From an uncultured Chloroflexia bacterium (GTDB lineage Bacteria; Chloroflexota; Chloroflexia; QHBQ01; JADMIH01): a stretch of DNA of 64,000 nucleotides. The DNA lies in contig CAWCNY010000006.1 of NCBI GenBank assembly GCA_963797095.1, forward strand, positions 288,001 to 352,000, written 5' to 3'. A program made the translations under genes and the position numbers. Of the stretch, positions 31,608-41,831 are shown one piece after another. The notes under the pieces are model-generated. The model was not told the origin of the DNA and did not search any database. It worked only from the letters and a program-made list of their open reading frames with translations. Position 1 is the stretch's first letter. Every line of letters starts with the position of its first letter.

Positions 31608-32447
31608 GTGGCAAATACTATAACTGAGCCTGCTCAGGACGCTAATGCAGCCCGCATGCGCGCATGGGTGCTCGGGCTGGTGCTATCCGCTTTTCTCATG
31701 CTTATATGCGGCTTCGTCCTTGCGGCCTTCATCGACGGCCCGGCTCGGCTCTGGACCGGCCTGACCTACGTGGTCGCTATGGGCCTCGCCCTGGTGGTCG
31801 GCCTATCGAAGACCTCTTCTGCCTGAGGGCTAAACATGATCTTCGTGATCGTGCCCCTCGGGAAGGGGACCAGAGAAACTGTAAACTGGGTAATAAGGGT
31901 TATCTTCTACACCATCGGCTCGACCTTTGGTGCGGCGGCGCTCGCGCTTCTGCTCGGCCTGGTTGGTATGGGCCTAGGCGCGATCCTGCCCGACATCGGT
32001 TATGGCTGGGTAACTGCCCTCTTCGGTGGGCTGGCGCTAATCTGCGCCCTCAAAGAGCTAAACATCCTGCATCTGCCAACCCTCCAAATAGGCTGGCAGG
32101 TCCCTCAAAGCTGGATGCGTCCAAGTCGCACGCTGGGCAACACCCTCTACGGCATAGTGCTCGGCGCGGGCATCTTCACCTTCATCCCGTTCGCCAGCTT
32201 CTATCTCCTCCTCATGTGGGAGGTGGCGATGGGCGGTGCATCCCTGCAAGCTGCCGTCACGCTGGGCATCATCTACGGCTTCTTCAGGGGTCTGCCCGCC
32301 ATCGTTGGTGGCATCTCCGTCCTGCGGGGTCAGTACCCCCTACCCATCAGCGACTGGCTGATAGCTCACCTGGGCCTATGGCACGCCATCAACGGCTTAG
32401 TGCTCCTCTTCGTAAGCGGCCTCCTGCTGGGCTCCTTCGTCCTGTAG
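31608..32447 (+). CDS. probable selenoprotein: CcdA/DsbD-like or MauF-like membrane protein, Sec at UGA 31824-31826
   Basis: ORFs 31608-31826 and 31836-32447 share a frame separated only by TGA GGG CTA AAC; SSA-U-GLNM parallels the SP-C-GLSM motif; hairpin directly after UGA; WQVP..W and G..LG.G..T motifs. Confidence 0.72.
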
Positions 32448-32480
32448 ATGAGGGGTTATTATGGCCAATAACACAAACTG

Positions 32481-32521
32481 AATAAACAAGAATGGCGGCA
32501 CAGCCGCCATTCTTGTTTATT
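32481..32521. terminator. bidirectional terminator
   Basis: aataaacaagaatggcgg-cacag-ccgccattcttgtttatt between convergent genes. Confidence 0.75.
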
Positions 32522-32530
32522 CCATACCCT

Positions 32531-33259
32531 CTATTGAGGGGCCTGAAGCGCCGCCGTGCTGAACAGCACATCAAACGTCTTGCAATAAATCACCACCGAC
32601 CTTATACGCGTGGCGTCAATTTCCGGGTCTATAGTGTAACTGAATGAGCCGTTGGTAGCCTTTAGAGTGCCCAGGTTGTGCTCCCCCGTGTGCAACTCGC
32701 CGCTCGTTTGCGGGTTGGGGTGCTCGCTCACATACACATAAAGATCAGGCCCATTGGCGGCATCCAGGTCTTGCAGCCGCAGAATATAGCTCCCGTCGAC
32801 ATCCCGCGCAAGCACGGCCTGCCCGTTGGCATAGTGCACACTATCCTTCCGGTCGAAATTGCCCGCTGCTAGCACAACCGGGCCTGAAGGCTCCATACTC
32901 TCGTCAGACGGCTTGTCCATCGCCATCTCGCCTTCCATATCACTATCACCCGCATTGCCCGCGTCGTCCATCACCGGGGTAGCATCACTCATACTGTCAC
33001 TGTTCGCTGCGCTGTCGTCCATGCTGTCGTCACTCGTAGCGGCGATTGTAGTTGCCGTAGGAATTGCCGTGGCTGTTGCTGGCACTGCCGTGCTGTTGTC
33101 AGCTACCACCGCAGGCACATTGATATTGTCGCCTTCCACAAGCGTGGTCCGAACAAACAAAGGGGATATAGTCCACCAGGCGAAGGCCACGGCGGCAACG
33201 AGAATCACCCCCGCTACAATGAGAAATAAGGGGTTCCGTCGTGCTTTCTGCAAAAACAT
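32531..33259 (-). CDS. DM13-domain membrane-anchored protein
   Basis: NGPDLYVYVS, LGTLKA..G.F.Y, SVVIYC..F.V.F..A. Confidence 0.85.
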   Translation of the reverse strand: MFLQKARRNPLFLIVAGVILVAAVAFAWWTISPLFVRTTLVEGDNINVPAVVADNSTAVPATATAIPTATTIAATSDDSMDDSAANSDSMSDATPVMDDAGNAGDSDMEGEMAMDKPSDESMEPSGPVVLAAGNFDRKDSVHYANGQAVLARDVDGSYILRLQDLDAANGPDLYVYVSEHPNPQTSGELHTGEHNLGTLKATNGSFSYTIDPEIDATRIRSVVIYCKTFDVLFSTAALQAPQ

Positions 33260-33481
33260 GTGAGGCTCCTGTCTGTCGTGATCGTGTGGTGGCTCAACAA
33301 GTTCCGCGTGTATGCCTCCACTACTAAATGTTCACGACCAGTATGCCTGCCTGATCTTACAGCTTTATTACGAGGGCTGCGTTACCCTTAAACCCGCCCA
33401 AAACCCACCAACAAAGCCCTGTAGGGCCACCCCTCGTGGGTGCCCTGTTTGCTACTCGATGCCAGTGTGCTTTCGAAACCT

Positions 33482-34969
33482 CTACCCTTGAGCTTGAGCC
33501 TGTGATTCGCGCATGAACCGCTGAGACTCCTCAACCTGCCTGGCGGTTATCAGGCCCTCGCTGTGCAAGACTCGCAATACGTCGTCCATAGTAACAGCCG
33601 CGTGGCAGGTCAACCCATGCCGCGCCATCGCCTGCGGCCCTCCCTGCCCCCTATCTACAAGCACCACGATATCGCTAACCTTCAACCCTGCATCGTGCAA
33701 GTGCCCCACCACTTCCAGCTTGCTGGCCCCATCCGATACCACATCGTCCACCAGCACAGCCGTGCCCCCCTCGGGCCACACACCCTCCACCATCCGCTTG
33801 GTGCCGTGGGCCTTCGGTGCGCTACGCACGTACCCTCCCGGTATTCCCGTATACTGCGAAAGCGCCACCCCCAGCGGTATCCCTGCCTCCGCGATCCCCA
33901 CCACAATATCCGGCTTCAGCCCGGCACTTTCCATTGTATCGGCCATAACCCCCGCCACCGCCCTCAGCAAGCGCGGATACGACGACAGGATGCGTAGATT
34001 GTTGTAATAAGGCGAGATCAACCCCGACTTCAACTGCACAGGCTCAAACCTGATAGCCCCGATTTTGAACATCTCCAGGATCACATCCCGCAGCCCCGCA
34101 CTCTCCGCACTCCCAACTCCAATCTTCGTACTCCGCACTCCCAACTCCGCACTCCGCACTTCCTCAAGCCTATCACGCCACTCACGCGCAGCCGCGCCTG
34201 GGTCGTCCGCCTCGGTGACCCCTCGCGACACATTGATCACAAGCCCCACACCCTCGGCATCCAACCCAGCAGCCACCGCTGCCTGCAAATCGCCCCCTTG
34301 CGCGCCCACCCCTGGGCACAAGATAGGCAGATTGGGAGCCGTTCGCCGCACCATTGCCAGCATGCGCGGCTCGGTGGCGGGCGCGACCACCCCCACGCCT
34401 CCGCTCTCGTTCCAGGACGCCACGATCTTGCGGGTGATCGCCACATAGAGCGGCTCACCCGAAGCAGTTTCGATATCCTGCATCTCCTCGGCACCAGGAT
34501 TCGACGTTCGTACCACCAGGAAGCACCCTCTGCCCGGCCTCGAAATCAACGGCATCAACGCCTCCCTGCCCGGCGCTGGCATCGCTGTCACAGCGTCCAC
34601 GTCGAAAAGCTCGAACGCCTCATGCGCGCATCGCTCCAGCGTGTGCCCGATATCCGCGTACTTCGCGTCAAGGATGATCGGGATGTGGGGATAATGCCCC
34701 CTGATATACTCGCACGTCAACCTCAAAGCCCTTATGCCCGCCTCGCCTTCGGCTGAATAGAACTTGTATTGCGGCTTGAACGCGGCGGCGTAGGGCGCGG
34801 CCCCATCGATCACCCACTTGTTGAACGCGAATATATCCTCCGCTACGTCGCCTGTCCGGAACCGCTCCGGAAGCTTGCTGTGCAGCGGGTCAAGGCCAAC
34901 GCACAGGATCGACTTCTGGGCGCGGATAGCATCGTTCAATCGCTCGGCCCATGTGGATGTCTTGATCAT
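33482..34969 (-). CDS. pyrF: bifunctional OMP decarboxylase / orotate phosphoribosyltransferase (PyrF-PyrE fusion)
   Basis: LCVGLDP, DAKYADIG.T, RTSNPG, PGVGAQGG; C-terminal LKSGL.SPYY, K.HG, LVDDVVSDGASK. Confidence 0.9.
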   Translation of the reverse strand: MIKTSTWAERLNDAIRAQKSILCVGLDPLHSKLPERFRTGDVAEDIFAFNKWVIDGAAPYAAAFKPQYKFYSAEGEAGIRALRLTCEYIRGHYPHIPIILDAKYADIGHTLERCAHEAFELFDVDAVTAMPAPGREALMPLISRPGRGCFLVVRTSNPGAEEMQDIETASGEPLYVAITRKIVASWNESGGVGVVAPATEPRMLAMVRRTAPNLPILCPGVGAQGGDLQAAVAAGLDAEGVGLVINVSRGVTEADDPGAAAREWRDRLEEVRSAELGVRSTKIGVGSAESAGLRDVILEMFKIGAIRFEPVQLKSGLISPYYNNLRILSSYPRLLRAVAGVMADTMESAGLKPDIVVGIAEAGIPLGVALSQYTGIPGGYVRSAPKAHGTKRMVEGVWPEGGTAVLVDDVVSDGASKLEVVGHLHDAGLKVSDIVVLVDRGQGGPQAMARHGLTCHAAVTMDDVLRVLHSEGLITARQVEESQRFMRESQAQAQG

Positions 34970-34977
34970 ATTCTCCT

Positions 34978-35352
34978 CTAAACGGGTGGTGGAGTGGCTT
35001 GGTTATCTATCCAGCGTCGCATAGCTGCCAATCGTTGCGCCGCCAGGCTCTTCATTTTATCGCATCTCTTCTGTATGGATGCAACGGTGGTGCGTGGCGA
35101 GAACACCAGGTACCATATGCCCATCCTGAGCGACCTCACGTACTCGCCCAACTCGGCCAGCGGTATGATCTCGGCGCTCCCGAAAGCCAACTCAGGCGTG
35201 ACCACCGCCAGCACAACCTGATCCGCTTGTGCATACTCGCACTGTATTGCGATCACGTTGGCGTTCTCGCGCAAAACACTCGCCGCTTGCATAGTGCGTT
35301 CGGCCCTATCTATCGCTTCTGGCGTGATCCTCGGTGCCATGCGCTCCATCAA
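34978..35352 (-). CDS. hypothetical protein
   Basis: Overlaps the stop of the pyrD-like gene and ends just before pyrFE; no recognised motif. Confidence 0.6.
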   Translation of the reverse strand: MMERMAPRITPEAIDRAERTMQAASVLRENANVIAIQCEYAQADQVVLAVVTPELAFGSAEIIPLAELGEYVRSLRMGIWYLVFSPRTTVASIQKRCDKMKSLAAQRLAAMRRWIDNQATPPPV

Positions 35353-36530
35353 TCCCGTTTGCTAGCCTCGGCAACCCGCACAGCCAGCAGGTGGTCCCAC
35401 ATCGGCCCGGTGGCTCCCTGCACCGCATCAGCCCCAGCCTCTCGGTAAGAGAAGTAATCGTCAGGCGTCAGGAAACCCCCAACCCCGATAATCGCGTAAT
35501 CATACCCATATTCGGCGCGTATTAGGGCCAGTCGCCCCACAATATCCAATCCTACCCCTCGAAGCGCCGCTCCGCACACGCCCGCCACCTGCCGCCCCGC
35601 GCCCGGCAGGGCCTGCCCGCCCTCCCCGGTCGTCACGGGCACAGGAACCGCGTTCACCGCCCCGTGCCCTTGCACATACGGCGCGGTCGCCGCCACGACA
35701 GCGCGCAACGTGGCCTCCCCCGCTTCGTCTACCCCGTAGCTCCCGATCTTGGCGAACAAAGGCCTGCTCCCTATCGCATCGCGCACGGCCCGGCACACCT
35801 CGCCCGCGGCCTCAGGGTCGTGGCATAGCAGACCATGCCCGCCCAGGTTGGGGCACGACAGATTCACCTCGATGGCGTGTGCCCCCGTTTCGGCGCACAT
35901 CGCCGCCGCCCGTGCGTGGTCAGCCACGAAATCGGCCCGGCTGCCCCCCGCCCTCGCCGTACCCGTCACGCTCGCCACCAGCGCCTGCCCGCGCCGGGCG
36001 TTACGTGCCGCCCGCTCCATATCGGCCTGCCATACTTCCGGGGCCTGCGCCGGCATCCCGAACGAATTAGTGATACTAAGCCTGTGAATATTCACCCGCT
36101 CATCGGGCCGGAACGCCCGCGCCACAAGCGGCGACCGCCCCATCTCAGTGGGCGCGATAGGCTCCTGGGCATCAACATACAGCACATTCGGCACAGGGTG
36201 CGAAGGCCATTCCCTGCTGCGCACCGTCTTGTAGTGGCACAGGTCAAATCCCCAACTGAAAGCAGCATCAGTGAACTTCGAATTGAGTAGCGGTCCTGAC
36301 GGAATACCAACCGGCCTGCGCAGCCGCAACCCCACCACCGTCACCCACTCCGATTCGGGCAAATCCAGCGCCGCCTCTATCTCGGGCGAAGGTTCCTCGG
36401 CGAATGGCCCGAACGGCCCCAGGTCGTAATTCTCCTGGTAGGTGAGCAAAGGATCGTAGAATGGATTTTGGACTTTGGACTTTGGATTTCGGATTGTTTT
36501 CTCTTGTTCCCCTGCTATCCTCAACTCCAA
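35349..36530 (-). CDS. dihydroorotate dehydrogenase-like flavoprotein
   Basis: YKTV, NSFGMP, EVNLSCPN, IIGVGG, GADAVQ; pyr operon context. Confidence 0.8.
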   Translation of the reverse strand: MELRIAGEQEKTIRNPKSKVQNPFYDPLLTYQENYDLGPFGPFAEEPSPEIEAALDLPESEWVTVVGLRLRRPVGIPSGPLLNSKFTDAAFSWGFDLCHYKTVRSREWPSHPVPNVLYVDAQEPIAPTEMGRSPLVARAFRPDERVNIHRLSITNSFGMPAQAPEVWQADMERAARNARRGQALVASVTGTARAGGSRADFVADHARAAAMCAETGAHAIEVNLSCPNLGGHGLLCHDPEAAGEVCRAVRDAIGSRPLFAKIGSYGVDEAGEATLRAVVAATAPYVQGHGAVNAVPVPVTTGEGGQALPGAGRQVAGVCGAALRGVGLDIVGRLALIRAEYGYDYAIIGVGGFLTPDDYFSYREAGADAVQGATGPMWDHLLAVRVAEASKRD

Positions 36531-36583
36531 CCTCCACTTCCCTGCAAATAAATCCGCAATCTAAAATCTAAAATCCGCAATCG

Positions 36584-37585
36584 TTACACCGTGTGTGCTA
36601 TCGATTCTAATCCGCACACGTAGCGTACCATCCGCTCGAAGCCCATCCCGAAGCCCGCTTGTTGTGTGGCCCTCTCACGCCGCATCTCCACGTACCACTC
36701 GTAATCGGTCATCACCCCGCCCAGGTCCATTATCTGCCGGACGCTCTTCGATTGCAACATCCGCGTTTCCAGCAGGTAGGCATCAGGTTCCGTTTCCGAC
36801 GCCCCCATCACCTCGCCCACGCCAGGCATAAGCAGATCGCAGCACTCCACCACGCGCGGGTCGTGCCTGCAAATCTTCATTGTGAAGAACCGCGTCTCCA
36901 CCGGATAATGCGTGACGAACAGCGGCCCGCCCGCCACATCGGCCAGCGCGATTTCGTGCTCGTTCGACAGGTCCTCGCCCCACTCGATAAAATAACCCGC
37001 TCCCTGCAAGGCGATGATCGCCTCGTCGTAAGTCATCCGCTTGAACGGTGCCGCCACGCGCTCCAACATTCGAGACCCTACCCCGAGCGTGCCCAGCGAG
37101 CCTGCCGCAGTGGTGGCCGCGCGCCGCGCCATCTCCACCACCATTCGCTCCATGAGCCCCATCAGCTGTTCCAGGCTCCAACCGGCTGCCTCGGCCTCCA
37201 CCAGCGTGAACTCGGTCAGGTGCCGGTTGTCGCTTCTCCGCTCCGCCCTGAACGATCTCCCAATCGAGTAGACGGCCCCTAACTCTTGCATCAGCGGTTC
37301 GAGGTGCAACTGCGCCGTCTGCCGCAGAAACGCCTTCCCTCCACCTACTTCCACTGCGATCAATGTCCCCGGCTCGCCGCAAGCCCCCAACTGGTGGGTC
37401 AGCGTAGGCGCGACTACCTGTGTGAACCCCTCCCCATCCAGCGTATCCTGCGCTGCCTGCAAGAGGGCCGCCTTCACCCGCGCAATATGGGCGGCTTGCA
37501 TAGCATTTGCCGCTCCCGCACCCGTTCTACCGGGGATGCCTATGGGAGTCTGCGGGCCGATCCACCCACTAGCTACCGTTTGCAT
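36584..37585 (-). CDS. AsnRS/AspRS catalytic-domain paralogue lacking the anticodon-binding domain
   Basis: FLRQTAQLHLE, motif 2 SFRAE....RHLTEF..VEAE, DLLMPGVGE..GASE, motif 3 GFGMGFER; start at 37585 after GGAGG. Confidence 0.8.
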   Translation of the reverse strand: MQTVASGWIGPQTPIGIPGRTGAGAANAMQAAHIARVKAALLQAAQDTLDGEGFTQVVAPTLTHQLGACGEPGTLIAVEVGGGKAFLRQTAQLHLEPLMQELGAVYSIGRSFRAERRSDNRHLTEFTLVEAEAAGWSLEQLMGLMERMVVEMARRAATTAAGSLGTLGVGSRMLERVAAPFKRMTYDEAIIALQGAGYFIEWGEDLSNEHEIALADVAGGPLFVTHYPVETRFFTMKICRHDPRVVECCDLLMPGVGEVMGASETEPDAYLLETRMLQSKSVRQIMDLGGVMTDYEWYVEMRRERATQQAGFGMGFERMVRYVCGLESIAHTV

Positions 37586-37620
37586 TTTCCCCTCCGGCGC
37601 TGGTGTAAAGCCCCTTGCTA

Positions 37621-37704
37621 CAAAAATACCTTGCCCATCGGCAAGGTTGGCAGCTACATGCTTTACACCAACCTTTTCGACCTCACAGGGCCGATAATTA
37701 AAGG
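37621..37704 (-). promoter_or_regulatory. PyrR-binding attenuator
   Basis: CCTTTAATTATCGGCCCTGTGAGGTCGAAAAGG (37672-37704); antiterminator AAGGTTGG/CCAACCTT; terminator ACCTTGCCGATGGGCAAGGT plus T-tract; promoter TTGACA (37777-82) N18 TATACT (37753-58). Confidence 0.8.
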
Positions 37705-37840
37705 TCGTTCCGGGCTGGCCTACGCCTGGCACCCCAGGTTTCCAGCTACCCAAGTATAAGCGCTCATCCCCCAACCTGTCAATACACTTGTCCACCGATA
37801 GCAGGGCGGATGCAAAGAGTTGTAGGGGCGAGGCATGCCA

Positions 37841-39119
37841 CAATGGTGCCGCATAAAAGTTGGGCTCTTAGTCTGGTAGACTTGAGGTTGCAAAACAAAC
37901 AAGTTGAACCAGAGGAGCCCAACTACATGATACCAGATTGGATAGGGTGTGGCCGTCGGCAATACCGCATGGTGCAACCACTGATTGAACAGTCTACCCA
38001 CAAAGGAGAAGGAGGAGCAGACCGATATCGCAAGCATTTCATGGCTCGCCCTCACATATGGTTGTTGATCCTGCATCTGGCTCATGGAGGAGCTAGTCTG
38101 CGCCAAAGCCATGCTCAATTAGGAGCTAATCTTCCCTTACGCCAGCGGTTGGGTATGCCTGATTGGGTCAGCCTGAGCCAATTGGCACGCCCCTCCACAA
38201 GCAGACAACCTGATTGCTTCGAGTGGTTGCTTGGGGCACTTACCAGCTTGGTCAAGCGAACACCACTCTTGCGCAGGGACAGGGATAAGGACCACGATTG
38301 GCTTGCGCTGAACCGCACCATCCCCATTGACTCCACCTTCCTACGCCTGTCGGCCAAGCTAAGCCCGTGGAGCAAACAGGGTGGATACGAAGCAGGGGTA
38401 CGAGTACAATACAGTTTGGAGCTAGCCACGCACATACCACAGTTACTATGCATACACGGGGTAGCCAAGAATGACCACGTTGCGCTACACGAGCAAGACC
38501 TCGCCTCTCTTGCCGGGTGGACCATAGACCATATTGGTAGACCTGGGCTACTACGGGCATCGTCAGTTCAAGAGGTTGCCAGATAACAGTGTGCATTTTG
38601 TGACCAAACTCAACGCACAAGCTTCCTATCTGGTAACCAGTTCTGGTAACCGGTCAAAGAGCGATCAATCAGAAACAGGGTTGGACAAAGGCCGATGATG
38701 TGGTTGTATCCGACCACACAATCACTTTAGGCAGTGCCAATAACAGACGAGGAGCAGTGCTACCTAACATACGGTTGGTAACAAGCCGCAATCCTGAGGG
38801 TAAGCAATGTCATTTGATTACCGACCGGCACGATTTGGAGGCATGGGAGGTGGTGGAATTGTACCGTAGGAGGTGGCAGATAGAACTGTTCTTTCGTTGG
38901 CTCAAGCGTCAACTAGGGGCTGTGCGTCCTTTCGGGCAGAGCAAGGAAGCTGTATGGCTGACGATAATGACGGCTGGCATTGTGGCGTTGATGTGGCTGT
39001 TGTTGGACCAGATGAACGCTCGACCTCCAGCTATGTCGCGCATATCATGGCTGCGGGCTGTCGTGGTCGCTCTGCACCCTGCTCTTAACCTCTCCGGTTG
39101 ATTTTTATGCGGCCCATTG
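37841..39119 (+). mobile_element. IS4-family insertion sequence (inactivated)
   Basis: IRs CAATGGTGCCGCATAAAA and CAATGGGCCGCATAAAA; flanking direct repeat AGGCATGCC(A/T) at 37831-37840 and 39120-39129. Confidence 0.85.
37927..39101 (+). pseudogene. IS4-family DDE transposase with two frameshifts
   Basis: IDST, VDLGYY, LYRRRWQIELFFRWLK; 7-nt (38520-38533) and 13-nt (about 38629-38651) duplications whose removal restores one frame. Confidence 0.85.
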
Positions 39120-39882
39120 AGGCATGCCTCGCCCCTACAACGAATTTATCCTCCCAACTATATACCGACTTTCCACAAACTGACTGTGCATCCGCCCCGT
39201 CCACCGGTAGCAGTGCAGTTCAGGATAAAAGTAGAGGTAGATTGTTTAGAGGATATCCCTTGTTAGCAATGCTATCGCATAAGAATCCCGGAAATGGTCC
39301 AAGTACGAGCTCTCCCAATGGGTGCCCTGCCCCATTTCCACCCAGGCCAAGTCCCTTCGGGACTATCGGGACTATATGGAGGTAGCGCACCATGGAGGTG
39401 GCGCACCGCCTTCTACTTCCTCTACTACCGTCTCTATGGTACTTGGCTTGGGTGGCAATCTATTGGGCACCTATGAGGGGTTCCCTACATGTCTACGCCC
39501 CTTACGTTTTTGTGCGACAGCATGCCCACCAGGGATGCCCTATACTCCAATAAGGATCCTCCCCCACCAGGGCATCACAAGAAGTACCTCTGCATCACAT
39601 CCACAAAACCACCCGAAAGTACACCCCAAAACCTGTCCAGTTTTGCCCCACAAATGCCATTTAGTATGTGAGGGCTGATCTAACCACAAAATCCCAAAAC
39701 AACTACAAAACCTCCAAAAACCGCATGACATATACCAAAGTCCACATCCATACACCAAGAAGCACCAACCAACAACCAACAACTCCGACACTCGTCACTC
39801 GTCCAAATATGCTATAATAATCAGTTGAACGCCGCTTTTGCGGCCTATTTGATGGCACGCACCCACACCACAGGAGCCTCAA

Positions 39883-41049
39883 ATGTTACAGACCGAACCC
39901 AACCCGGCGGAAGTAGAGAGCGCCGCTCCCGAACGCCTCTATTCCTTTAACGCGCTGGCCCGCAGGATCGAGCGCGTGCGAGCCGCCATGAGCGACAAAG
40001 GCATCGACAGCATGCTTGTCTCTCACCCCTATAACCGCAACTACCTGATCGGCTTCAGCGGCGAAGACCAGCCCCCGCTCGACACAGCGGGCATGCTGAT
40101 CATCGGCCCCGAAGACCTCTGCCTCGTCACCGATGGCCGCTACACCATCCAGACCGCCGAAGAGCTTTACCCTGAGCTTGGCATCGAGGTCGTAGCCCGC
40201 CAGGGCAGGGTCGCCCCCGCCCTCGCCGAGCAGATCATCAAGCGCAACTGCCGTCGCCTCGGCTTCGAGACCGCCCACCTGCTCCATCTCCTCTGGCGCT
40301 CCCTCGACAAGTCTCTCCCCGATACCGACTTGATCCCAGTAACAAGGCTGGTCGAACCTCTCAGGATGGTCAAGGACGACGACGAAATGGCGATCATGCG
40401 CGAAGCCAGCCGCCTTTCCGACCAGGCCTTCAACATAGTCAGCAGTCGGATCGAGCCGGGCATGACCGAGAAACAGGTCGCCTGGGACATGGAGCGCACA
40501 ATGCGCGAGCTAGGTGCAGATGAGCGTGCATTCGGCACGATAGTGGGCTCAGGCCCCAACGGCGCGATGGCCCACGCCATCCCCGGCAACCGCCAGATCC
40601 AGGCGGGTGAGCCTATCGTCATAGATATGGGCGCTCACCTCAACGGCTACAACTCCGATATGACCCGCACGATCATGCTCGGAGAGCCTACCGACAAGTT
40701 CCGCGAGATCTACAACATCGTGCTCAAAGCCCAACTGGATGCCGAGCACGCCATCAAAGCAGGCATGACGGGCGTGGAAGTCGACAAAATTGCCCGCGAC
40801 GTTATCGAAGCCGCAGGCTATGGCGACCAATTCAACCACAGCCTCGGCCACGGCGTCGGCCTCGAAGTGCACGAAGCCCCCAGCTTCAGCAAATTCTCAG
40901 AAGACACCATGGAAGAAGGCAACGTCATGAGCGTTGAGCCGGGCATCTACATAGAGGGCTGGGGCGGCGTCCGCATAGAAGACCTGGTCATGATCCGCCG
41001 CGACGATGCCGAAGTGCTAACCCTGGCCGACAAACATCTAGAATACTAA
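39883..41049 (+). CDS. Xaa-Pro aminopeptidase (M24B)
   Basis: IDMGA...GYNSDMTRT, HSLGHGVGLEVHE, EPGIY, GVRIED; upstream of efp. Confidence 0.92.
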   Translation: MLQTEPNPAEVESAAPERLYSFNALARRIERVRAAMSDKGIDSMLVSHPYNRNYLIGFSGEDQPPLDTAGMLIIGPEDLCLVTDGRYTIQTAEELYPELGIEVVARQGRVAPALAEQIIKRNCRRLGFETAHLLHLLWRSLDKSLPDTDLIPVTRLVEPLRMVKDDDEMAIMREASRLSDQAFNIVSSRIEPGMTEKQVAWDMERTMRELGADERAFGTIVGSGPNGAMAHAIPGNRQIQAGEPIVIDMGAHLNGYNSDMTRTIMLGEPTDKFREIYNIVLKAQLDAEHAIKAGMTGVEVDKIARDVIEAAGYGDQFNHSLGHGVGLEVHEAPSFSKFSEDTMEEGNVMSVEPGIYIEGWGGVRIEDLVMIRRDDAEVLTLADKHLEY

Positions 41050-41152
41050 AGTTGCTAGCGCCAGTTGCTAGCGCCGGTTCCAAGTTCCAAGTTGCTGCTT
41101 CCGACTACCGACTGGCGCTAGCAACTAAACACCCCAAACAGGAGAACAAAGA

Positions 41153-41713
41153 ATGACAGTAACCACAAGTGAGTTGAGGAAGGGATTAACAATCCAGATG
41201 GACGGTGACCTGTACAAAATCACCGACTGGCAGCACAACAAACAGGGTCGTGGCAGCGCCCAGGTGCGCCTCCAGTTGAAGAATCTCCGCACCGGAACCA
41301 ACACAGAGCGAACATTCCAGGCAGGGGCCAAGTTCGATGATGTGCGCCTTGAGCGCCGCGAACTACAATTCTTGTACGCCGATGGCGATGTATTCAACTT
41401 CATGGACCCGGAAACCTACGAGCAGTTAAGCCTCAGCGCCGACCTGTTGGGTGATGCTGTGAATTACATGCGCGAGAACGAGAATATTGACGTTCTTATG
41501 CACGACGATGCGTTTGTCGATATTGACCTTCCCGCCGCCGTAGTTCTCACAGTGACCGAAAGCGAGCCAGGCGTGAAGGGCGACACAGCCACAGGTGCAA
41601 CCAAACCCGCTAAGCTGGAGACAGGGCTTGTGGTCAATGTACCTCTATTCATCAACGAAGGCGACCGGGTAAAGGTAGATACCCGCTCAAGCAAGTATCT
41701 GGAACGAGCATAA
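41153..41713 (+). CDS. efp: elongation factor P
   Basis: KQGRGSA loop, QFLY, FMDPETYEQ, PGVKGDT, KPAKLETG..V.VPLFI. Confidence 0.97.
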   Translation: MTVTTSELRKGLTIQMDGDLYKITDWQHNKQGRGSAQVRLQLKNLRTGTNTERTFQAGAKFDDVRLERRELQFLYADGDVFNFMDPETYEQLSLSADLLGDAVNYMRENENIDVLMHDDAFVDIDLPAAVVLTVTESEPGVKGDTATGATKPAKLETGLVVNVPLFINEGDRVKVDTRSSKYLERA

Positions 41714-41831
41714 AACCTGACGAGTGAATGACATATTGTGTACTTCGTACTGCGTATTCACTCGTCACTCGTCACTCGTTACTCGTAATCTTCATTCTTC
41801 GTCCTCACGTATCACTCCCAAGGGGGCACCC

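Noticed and set aside
37586-37843. N-terminal extension of the AsnRS paralogue
   Set aside because: Spans the PyrR attenuator, promoter and REP/IS end
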